Positions 25,801 to 35,826 of a stretch of 64,000 bases of DNA are shown piece after piece; within the stretch, counting starts at the first letter, position 1, and every line of letters starts with the position of its first letter. Origin of the DNA: Mobula hypostoma (taxonomy: Eukaryota); assembly GCF_963921235.1 (NCBI RefSeq), contig NC_086097.1, positions 224,008,001 to 224,072,000 on the forward strand. The letters run 5' to 3'. Position numbers and translations under genes: made by a program. Under the pieces are notes generated by a model. The model saw only the letters and a program-made list of their open reading frames with translations, was not told the DNA's origin and ran no database searches.

Positions 25801-27023
25801 AGTAAGTCATGTTTTACTAATCTCATAGTTTTTCGAGGAAGTTACCAGGAAAGTTGATGAAGGAAAGGCACTGGAAGTTGTCTACATGGACTTTTGTAAG
25901 ACCTTTGACAAGGTTCCACATGGGAAGTTGGTCAAGAAGATTCGGTTGCTTGACACTCAAGATGAGATAGTAAACTAGACTAAATATTAACCTAGTGGGA
26001 GAAGCCAAAGAGTGGTTGTAGATGGTTGTCTTTCTGACTGGAGGCCTGTGACTAGTGGTATGCCACAGGGATCAGTGCTTGGTCCATTGTTTTTTATCTA
26101 TATCAATGATCTGTTTGATAATGTCGTAAATTGGATCAGCAAATTTGCGGATGATGCTAAGATTGGGGATGTAGTGGATAGTCAAAGCTTGAAGCGGGAT
26201 CTGGATCAGATGGAAAATGGGCCGAAAAATGGCAGGTGAAATTTAATGCAGACAAGTGTGAGTTGTTGCATTCTGGGAGGACCAACCAGGGTAGGTCTTA
26301 CACGGTCAGCAGTAGGGCACTGAGGAGTGTGGTAGAACAGGGATCTGGGAATACGGGATCCATAATCTCTTGAAAGTGGTGTCACAGGTAGATAAGGTCA
26401 TAAAGAAAGCTTTTGACACATTGAGCTTCACAGATCAAAGTACTGAGTACAGCAGTTGGGATGTTATATTGAAATTGTATAAGACGTTGGTGAGGGCTAA
26501 TTTTTAGCATTGTGTCCAGTTTTGGTCACCTACCTACAAGAAAGATGTAAATAAGATTGGAGGAGTGCAGAGAAAATTTACAAGGTTGTTGCCGGGTCTT
26601 GAGGACCTGAGTAATAGGGCTTTATTCTCTAGAACATACAAGATTGATGGGAGATTTGATAGAGGTATACAAGATGATGAGGGGTACAGATAGGCTAAAT
26701 TTAAGCAGGCATTCTCCACTGAGATTAGTTGATAACTACAACTAGAAGCCATGGGTTAAGCATGACAGGTGAAATGTTTAAGGGGAACATGAGGGGAAAC
26801 TTCTTCATTCAGAGGGGTGGTGAAGGTGTGGGAAAACTTGGCAGTGAAAGTGGTGGATGCAGGGTCAATTTCAATAGCTAAGATAAATTTGGATAGGTAC
26901 ATGGATGGGACAGCTATGGATGGGCTATGGTCCAGGTGCAGGTCAATGGGAGTAGGCAGATTAACAGTTTGGCACATACTAGAAGGGCCTGTTTCTGTGC
27001 TATTATGTTCTATGACTGTATGG
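22876..27023 (+). mobile_element. Near full-length CR1 LINE (5'UTR, ORF1 zinc finger/esterase, ORF2 endonuclease-RT, 3'UTR), inactivated
   Basis: ORF1 remnants CSSCGTWE..DDYTCKK and VCCLP..MVRDI...VVVHISINDIGR. ORF2 remnants [48 protein letters not shown]. Many stops and frameshifts. Possible CCTC TSD inside an older minus-strand CR1 tail. Confidence 0.9.
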
Positions 27024-27389
27024 CCTCATCTCCATTAGAAATGGACAATCCATTATTATGAGGTGGTACTCTCTAGTTCTGGTTTCCTGCATGAGGAGAA
27101 GTCATTATCTCAGCATCTATCTTCAGAATTTTCTGTGTTTTAATAAGATCTCCTCTCATTCTTCTAAGCTCCAATAAGCACTGGCAAACTTTGCTGATAA
27201 AATAGCTTTTACTATTATTCTCAATAGGATTCAAGTGGCAAATTTCAAGCACGACAGCTCAGTGCCTTCAAACTTCTCAAAACTCAGAAAGAACCCAGTA
27301 TGAGTGTTCAAATGTTGAAGGCTGGAATAAGAGGCATTGACAGAAAGAGAAATTCGTACATTCTGTTGGAACAGATCAAATAAAATTAA

Positions 27390-27630
27390 CATTTTATTTT
27401 GAGATACAGCACGTAACAGTCTCTTCTGGCCCAATGAGCCCATGCCTCTGAACCGCACCCGTGTGACCAATTAGCCTACTACTAACCCACATGTGGGATC
27501 AAACCGGAGCACCTGGGAGAAACCCACCCGGTTATGGGCAGAAATTACAAACTCCTTGCAGACACCGGTGGAACTGACCCCGAGCTACTGATGTAGTAAC
27601 AGCGTTACAGTAACTGCTCTGCTACCCTAC
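27390..27630 (-). mobile_element. HE1/V-type SINE
   Basis: aaaccggagcacctgggagaaaccca...acaaactccttgcagacaccggtgg. Same family as 3525-4256. Confidence 0.7.
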
Positions 27631-27864
27631 TGTCATGACGAAAACTAAATTCGTTACTTAGGTTCATCAGTGTCACAGACCTAACACAAGTATAGTTCAT
27701 GTGGGCCCGTGTAGGGAAGAGAAGGTGGGGCACTCCAAATTTTATAAATTTTTTTCTTAAAATCAGAATTTGGAGACACTGTGTTAGGAACAGGATATTT
27801 AGCACCTTAAGCTTGTTCCACCATTCAGTTCCATAACACACAAGTCATTGCTTCTGTAGGCCAC

Positions 27865-28097
27865 TGATGCACCTTCAATCACTCCAAAAGACTGAAGCAG
27901 GGTAAATACTGAAAGGCATTTATTCGCAGTAAAATATGACTTCCAGCATGCTGAGTGTCTGCTCTTGGTCTGAGAGGGAGGGGCAAGGCGAAATCACCTT
28001 TATTCAGGGGTCTGTGGGAGGAGCCACAGGGGCAGTCAGCAGAGGGGTGTGTCCAGACAGTTAACCCAGTTACAACATATATATATGGTTTACCACA
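27865..28097 (-). mobile_element. Probable solo LTR
   Basis: Minus strand begins TGTGGTAAACC and ends GTGCATCA (TG...CA). It contains two AATAAA motifs. Length 233 bp. TSD only partial (gccac/accat). Confidence 0.55.
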
Positions 28098-28394
28098 ACC
28101 ATTAATGAAAAAAAATCTTTCACCATTTTTCCTAGTAATTCCAGCCACTTTTTCAGTGTCTTTTCGTAATCAACCTCGTTTCAATGAGGTTATTTTTAAG
28201 AGGTGTTTTGGATATCACTATAAAAATCTAGCTCTTCTTTCCAAGGTTTAGTGTTTTGTTCTGATTCTTTTCTATTATTTAATCTATTGAATGCTTTAGT
28301 CATCTGGGTTTCCTGTTAGTCTCAATTCTTGACTCAAAATACAATGCCTGTGTCTCGTAAAAATAATGCATCTTTTATATCGGTTATTTCAGAA

Positions 28395-28665
28395 TAAGAT
28401 CTTTAACAAAAATGAAGGTCTTGCTCGAAGAACTGGAAAACGACTGTAAATAAGGTGGGACAGCAGAAACCTGATTGGTTGAGGATTAACCAAGCAATAG
28501 GGACAGACGGCAGGAATTGGGTATATATACCACTGGACCTGATGTGCCTAGGCATCACCCCTGAGTTTGTCATCGAAACATCGGTTAAAATAAACACCTG
28601 TACCCCGCTGGAAGCCCGAGAAGAGTCTATGCATCATACATGCCGGAAAACCACTAGATCCTTTT
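28395..28665 (+). mobile_element. Penelope-like element 3' end (second family)
   Basis: FNKNEGL..W-like end of a GIY-YIG ORF, followed by CCAAT (ctgattgg), tatatata and cctga...gaaacatcgg. Confidence 0.45.
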
Positions 28666-30363
28666 TCAATAAGACCACTAGTTCAATGGGCAAAGTGAGA
28701 GAACAACTATTACATCTGTCATGATCTCATTGGATGACATCGGAGCAGGTTTAGGTCATTCAGCCTATTGAGTCTGATCTGCCATTTAATAATGGCTGAT
28801 TTATTTTTCCTCTCAAGTTCATTCTCCTTCCTTCCTCCCGCAAGCTTTGACACCCTTACTAATCAAGAACCTATCAATCCCTGCTTTAAATATAATCAGG
28901 TTCAGATTTATTATCGCTGTCTTGTATAACGTGAAAATGACTTGCCCTCCACAGTCATCTGTGGCAATAAATTCCAAAGATTCACCTGTCAGCCAATCTT
29001 CTAGAACCTGTTCTGAAATACCCTAGGCTCCTCTTGTTTAGCAGCTTTGCATGCGGTACCTTGTCATGTGCCTTCTAAAAATCCAAGCAAACAACATTCA
29101 CCGGCAGCAACACACACAAAATGCTGCAGGAACTCAGCAGGCCAGACAGCACCTACAGAAATGAATAAACAGCCAACGTTTCAGGTCAAGACGCTTCATG
29201 CTGCCTGGCCTGCTGAGTTCCCGCAAGATTTTGTGTGTGTTGCTTTGGATTCCCAGCATCTGCAGATTTTCTTATGCTTGTGGACATCCACTGATTCTCC
29301 TCTGTCTATCCTGCCTGTTACTTCCTCAAAGAATTCCAACAGCCCTGTCAGGCAAGATCTCCCCTTAAGGAAACCATGCTGACTTCAGCCTGTTGAGAAA
29401 AAGACTGAACATAAATATGATAAAAATGTTATAGGACATCATTACTTGTTGCAATTTGAAGTAACCAGGCACAATTAAATTAGAAATTAGAGTCAATAAT
29501 GTATTGGATCATTTGATTGTATACTTGCAAATTATGGTGGCAAATAGCACTTCGTTTGTCACCAGTTAGATTATGAAGTATACAAATGTTCTCAAACCAG
29601 TCACAAACCTTCAGGAGCACATAATGCAAATCCTATAATGTACTAGGAAAGAAGCAAATTCAAATGGCTTTCAAAATCCTTTTTTAAATTACTTGCTATA
29701 ATGGTTGCGAACCTACAATTTTTACTATCCTTATTTGTATCATATCATCAATATTATTCAATTTCACTTTGTAGTACAATTGTAATTTTCCAAATGGATA
29801 AATGAGGAACTTCAGCTTCACAGTATTGGTCAGGCAAGAACAAAAGTGGTTCAACAGAAGCAACATTGTTTTATGGGCAAGGAGCGGAGCAATCCCTTTG
29901 TTATTCTCACCCACGACATAAAATAGTTAAATCAGCCAATGTGTAAGAGTGCAAAGAAGGTCCTGAAAGCAGAAATCACTTTGAGTGATGCAAACGAAGA
30001 CCAGATCTTCATGAGTTAACTTCAGTTAAAGAACAATACATTAAGAAACCAGAAAAGTAATATCGCTAAAATATGCGGCCTCAGGCTGAGAAGATATACA
30101 GTAATTGCTGAGTCATACATTTTTAAAGAAATAGAACTTCAGAAGCAAAAATATTCATCATTTTTTTTGTGAATCTGCATTCCTTCATTAAATTGTTACA
30201 ATGAGGGAACAACACAAAAATGGTCGGAGACAAATCTCATTGTACTTTTTATCTTAAATGTAATTTTTAAAGATATTTTCTGATTTTATTTGTATTAATA
30301 ATGTTTAAAATAACTTCAGAATTTAGTCAGAGCACAGCAAGGCATTACTGTATGATTACTCAC

Positions 30364-31123
30364 CTTGAAGCTGCTATATCCACCTTTGTTCTGGCAATTG
30401 CCGCGGCTCGATGTGCTCCTTCTATCGCTCTCTCCACTTTTTCTTTAATTTTGCTGGTTCTAATGGGTATAAGGTGCTTTTTCTTTCCTCGAACCAAAAA
30501 GTTATTTTTATATTTTCCCTCTTCTTTTGTGCCATCGGGAAAGGTAGTACATCCATAACCATTCCTCTGGTTATTCAGCCATTCTCCCTCATACTTCATA
30601 CCATTTGAACGTTCACTTACACCAAACCCACTGCGTTTATCATTTTTCCACTCCCCCATATACGATTCAGTTGTAGTAGCATCAACGTGATCTTCTACTG
30701 GTAAATATTCAGAATCACCTTCTCCAAAACTGATTGTCGAATTAGCATCACTATTTGCTGAACTTATTCTGCTCATCGACGCTTCACTCCGAGCAGAGCT
30801 GCGTTTGCTGGCCAGAGATGACTTGGACTCAGACCTTTTGAGCTTTAGATTTCCCAGGAGCGATCCTCTTCTGAAAAAGCCCTTTTTCTTGCCAGTCATT
30901 AATTCTGTGTCACTGTGAAAGGTGAGGACAAACCCACCTCTTGTCCCAGCTGGACTATCAGCAGCTATATCATGTAGAATTGTGCCATTGCTCTGTTCAC
31001 TTCGAAGAGACGCTAGCGAGGTGCGTAGCGGTGAACGGATGACTGTAGCCATTCCAAATGGTACACTCTGGCGTGCACCATATCCGTGACGCATTCCTCC
31101 AGCCCATTGTCCCTGGTACGTTC
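30364..31123 (-). CDS. JPH1: Junctophilin-1, coding exon 2 (MORN VI, joining region, MORN VII-VIII, start of alpha-helix)
   Basis: Acceptor ...ccttcttaatccatgttctgaAG|GA ACG TAC CAG completes the split Gly codon from exon 1, giving [16 protein letters not shown]...[11 protein letters not shown]. Donor is AG|GTGAGT at 30363. Motifs [42 protein letters not shown] and [10 protein letters not shown] match JPH1 rather than JPH2/3/4 as I recall them. Confidence 0.96.
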
Positions 31124-31461
31124 CTTCAGAACATGGATTAAGAAGGAGTTACAATGTGTAATTAAGCTCAAATTTTAAATACCCAATAGAAAATGCAATG
31201 ATATTTAAAGCCTATTTTCTGATAATATAGTCAAAATATATGCAGTCTTGTGAATGTGTCAAACAGAAATCTGAAAATAGAAGCATTTAATATTTAGTAT
31301 GTCTATCAAAAATTAGAATCAACTTAATAACTGCTCAATAGTTCCATTTTATATCAGAGAATGTATACAATATACAGACTGAAATTCTTGTTCTTCGTAA
31401 ATATCCATGAAAACAGAAGTGTCCCAAAGAATGAGTGACATTAAAAACGTTAGAACCCCAA

Positions 31462-32326
31462 ACTTGGATAGGTTGGGTGAGGTGGGCAAACTCATGGCAG
31501 ATGCAATTTAATGTGGATAAATGTGAAGTTATCCACTTTGGTGGCAAAAATAGGAAAACAGATTATTATCTGAATGGTGGCCGATTAGGAAAAGGGGAGG
31601 TGCAACGAGACCTGGGTGTCATTATACACCAGTCATTGAAAGTGGGCATGCAGGTACAGCAGGCGGTGAAAAAGGCGAACGGTATGCTGGCATTTATAGC
31701 GAGAGGATTCGAGTACAGGAGCAGGGAGGTACTACTGCAGTTGTACAAGGCCTTGGTGAGACCACACCTGGAGTATTGTGTGCAGTTTTGGTCCCCTAAT
31801 CTGAGGAAAGACATCTTTGCCATAGAGGGAGTACAAAGAAGGTTCACCAGATTGATTCCTGGGATGGCAGGTCTTTCATATGAAGAAAGACTGGATGAAC
31901 TGGGCTTGTACTCGTTGGAATTTAGAAGATTAAGGGGGGATCTGATTGAAACGTATAAGATCCTAAAGGGATTGGACAGGCTAGATGCGGGAAGATTGTT
32001 CCCGATGTTGGGGAGGTCCAGAACGAGGGGTCACAGTTTGAGGATAGAGGGGAAGCCTTTTAGGACCGAGATTAGGAAAAACTTCTTCACACAGAGAGTG
32101 GTGAATCTGTGGAATTCTCTGCCACAGCAAACTGTTGAGGCCAGTTCATTAGCTATGTTTAAAAGGAAGTTAGATATGGCCCTTGTGGCTACAGGGGTCA
32201 GGGGGTATGGAGGGAAGGCTGGGTTCTGAGTTGGATGATCAGCCATGATCATAATAAATGGCGGTGCAGGCTCGAAGGGCCGAATGGCCTACTCCTGCAC
32301 CTATTTTCTATGTTTCTATGTTTCTA
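31462..32326 (+). mobile_element. Young 5'-truncated CR1 LINE
   Basis: Long open stretch WQMQFNVDKCEVIHFG...RPHLEYCVQFWSP...NFFTQRVVNLWNSLP to a stop at 32229. Intact 3'UTR and (tttctatg)n tail. Confidence 0.93.
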
Positions 32327-32789
32327 CAACAAAAACTAACCTCTTCACCCAACAATTCGACATACCACAGATTCCCTCATTCCCTAATAAAGGGACAGAG
32401 AGGTGTCACCCTTTCACATTCTGAATGCTCTTTTCTTGCTTCTAAAATTGATTACATGATTTATTATGACTATTAAATATCATATTAGAATCAAAAATTT
32501 TCAAAGTTCATTAATCAGAAGGTCTGTAAATTTATATTTTGGTATGATGATTATCACAATTACCAACTGAATTGATAGGTGTCAAACTATTGCAAGACTA
32601 TTTCTCAAATAACAATTCAAGATGAAATCCAAATCCATAAGTATAGGCAGGACTAAAATCTATACTACAATGAATTTGCTGATTTTATGTGATATAGCCG
32701 TTTAGTAATTATCAGATGACTTGCTATATTTATCATCATGGGAACTAGCCTCCCCAGCATCGACGACATTGTCAAAAGGAGGTGCCTCA

Positions 32790-33590
32790 AATAATTCCGG
32801 CTTGTACTTATTTGGGAAAACTCTTAAAGAACAAAAACTAATTGAAAAATCAGCCGGCATTCCCTTCACTTATTTGGGGTGCTATGCCACTTAAATGGGG
32901 CAGTAGACTGTTGCCAAACAGTTTCTAACTGGCACGATGTATGCACTTCTTTTAGACACTACACTGTGCTTAGAGCGAACAGTTTTTAAACAGTCAATTG
33001 CGTCCACTTGTGTTTAAAAAGCAGAGACTTTTGTCACTGATAGCTGGTGAGAAGTAAGCAGTAAGACAATTCAGAACCGTTTTGCTCACTGCTGTTTCAA
33101 GAACTCAGGCTTGGACATAGCAGAAATGGCCAGGAGTGAAAATGAAATGACATCACAACTTCAACAAGTTATATTTACAAAGAATTTGAAGATATTAACA
33201 ATCATCTTGAATGTTACAATGGAAATGAAGATTTGGAAGAAACGATCATTGATAGCATTATATGAAGGTAGTCCATTATGTACACAGTGTCTGCACTGAT
33301 TTTCTTCATTTACAGTCAATCAAAAGTACAGGTACACTGGATGAATTTCTCCATCAATAACAATTAGGAACTAATACACAGTCTTTAGTATAGTAGTATA
33401 GTAGTAATAGCTAGTGCACTGATTTATTCTGTATTTTATTTAAATACGTAATTTGTTACTCAGTTAAACAGTAGTTTGTCTTTTTGATACCTTCTTAACT
33501 ATTTCCATGAAACTTCAGCAAACTGGGCAACCGCATAATTCGACTAAAATGTACTAGTCCCGATGTGTCCCAATTAACCAGAACCTACTG
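32790..33590. mobile_element. Degenerate Tigger/MER2-like DNA transposon fragment
   Basis: Right end tgtcccaattaaccagaacctactg|TA, resembling a Tigger-type TIR. No intact ORF. Confidence 0.5.
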
Positions 33591-33611
33591 TATTTCTTAT
33601 TGTAATTTATA

Positions 33612-35826
33612 CAGCGCCTTGAAGAAGTATTCAGCCACACAACTATTTTAACATTTCACTCTCATTTTCTAAATTTACAATATATTTAAGTAGCATTTTT
33701 GAGCTAATCTACAAAACATTGTGCATCATGTCAAATCAGAAGAAACATTCCAAAACCTGTCAACAATTCACTAAACATTAGAAAACCAAAATTGTGAAGC
33801 TGAAAAAGTATTCATCCCCTTTGTAATTACTATGCTAACTTTCCTCAGGTGCAATATTTTGCCTTACCAACTCACCCGCTCTGTTGATGTAGAAAATTGG
33901 AGGGTCATCTGTTTTCAATAAATCCATAGGAATAAATACCCCCTCACTTTGCAAGGTTCAACAGTATGGCAGATTTTTAACAGACCAAACCAAAATGAAG
34001 ATAAAAGAGCATTCAGGACAAGTCAGGGAAATTATAATAGGGAACCACATATCTGGGGAAGGGTACAAGACCATCTCAAAACCAGCAGAACATACCTTGG
34101 AGCTCAGTGCAGTCCATCATGTAAAACTGGAAAATCTATGAAACCACAGCCACAATGACTAGGCCAGGACACTGCTCTAAACTTAGTCGCCAGAGGTGCA
34201 TGGCACTTGTAAGAGAGGCCAATAGTCTCTTTGAGTGAGCTGCAGAAGTCAGTGGAGGAAGGTCTTGTGGTTGATGAGATTAAAGTGGAACTTTTTGGCC
34301 TCAACAGTAAGCTGTATGTTTGCCGTAAATCTAATACTACACATCAGCCAAGTAACACCATCCCTTCTGTAAAGTATGGTGGAGGTAGCATCACACTATG
34401 GAGATACTGACAAGTGTGAGGTATTGCATGTTGGAAGGACAAACCAACGTAGAACATACAGGGTTAATGGTAAGGCACTGAGGAGTGCAGTGGAACAGAG
34501 GGATCTGGGAATACAGATACAAAATTCTCTAAAAGTGTCGTCACAGGTAGATAGGGTCGTAAAGAGAGCTTTTGGTACATTGGCCTTTATTAATTGAAGT
34601 ATTGAGTATAAGAGCTGGCATGTTATGATGAGGTTGTATAAGGCATTGGTGAGGCCGAATCTGGAGTATTGTGTTCAGCTTTGGTCACCAAATTACAGGA
34701 AGGATATAAATAAGGTTGAAAGAGTGCAGAGAAGGTTTACAAGGATGTTGCCGGGACTTGAGAAACTCAGTTACAGAGAAAGGTTGAATAGGTTAGGACT
34801 TTATTCCCTGGAGCGTAGAAGAATGAGGGGAGATTTGACAGAGGTATATAAAATTATGATGGGTATAGATAGAGTGAATGCAAGCAGGCTTTTTCCACTC
34901 AGGCAAGGGGAGAAAAAAAACCAGAGGACATGGGTTAAGGGTGAGGGGGGAAAAGTTTAAAGGGAACATTAGTGGGGGCTTCTTCACACAGAGAGTGGTG
35001 GGAGTATGGAATGAGCTGCCAGACGAGGTGGTAAATGCGGGTTCTTTTTTAACATTTAAGAATAAATTGGACAGATACATGGATGGGAGGTGTATAGAGG
35101 GATAAGGTCCGTGTGCAGGTCAGTGGGACTAGGCAGAAAATGATTCGGCACAGCCAAGAAGGGCCAAAGGGCCTGTTTCTGTGCAGTAGTTTCTATGGTT
35201 TCTATGGTTCTATGCTTTTCAGCAGCAGGGACTGAAAATCTGCTCAGGATTGATGGGAAGATGAATGCTGCTAAATATAGAGAGGTCCTAGATAAAAACT
35301 TGCTAGCCTCTGCTAGAAAGCTTAAACTGGGGAGGAAGTTCATCTTTCAGCAGGATAACAGCCCAAAGCACACTGCCAGAGCAACCACGGAGTGGTTTCA
35401 AATGAAGAAAATTGATGTCCTTGAGTGGCCCCGTCAGAGTCCTGACCTTAACCCAATCGAATATCTCTGTGATGACCTCAAGATTAACCTGGCACAGCTT
35501 GAGCAGTTTTGCAAGGAGGAATGGGCAAATCTTGCTCCAGTACATTGTGCAAAGCTAAAAGAGACTTATCCAAAAGAACTACTAGATGTAATGACTGTGA
35601 GAGGCAGTTTAACTAAGCACTGAGCAAAGGGCGATCAAAACTTTTAAACTGCTGACATTTCAGTTTTCGAATTTTTTTTCATGCTTTACTATTTTCCATT
35701 TTTTTGGGCTCTACTGTGAAATAAAGGTGCAGGTGATCCACAAATAAAAATTCTCAGTTAAATTGATCAAAATCTCTGGTTGTAATACTCGAAGGGTTGG
35801 GGGCTGAATACTTTTACAAGACACTA
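33612..35826 (+). mobile_element. Tc1-family transposon (IR/DR-type ends), split by a CR1 insertion
   Basis: TA|CAGCGCCTTGAAGAAGTATTCAGCC...GGCTGAATACTTTTACAAGACACTA|TA. Transposase pieces MKIKEHS..GEGYKTISK, VKYGGGSITLW and CFSAAG...FQQDNSPKHTA...WPRQSPDLNPIE. Confidence 0.9.
34404..35213 (+). mobile_element. CR1 LINE 3' portion nested in the Tc1 transposase
   Basis: DKCEVLHVGR...RPNLEYCVQLWSP...FFTQRVVGVWNELP. Tail of (ttctatgg)n. Confidence 0.9.

Noticed and set aside
1..30363. JPH1 exon 3 (expected TAHARAKA...ELSPxFYQPG-like peptide)
   Set aside because: No matching minus-strand sequence found by eye. It probably lies beyond the left edge of the window.
31435..32229. 264-aa ORF as a host gene
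   Set aside because: It is the C-terminus of CR1 ORF2 with a LINE tail
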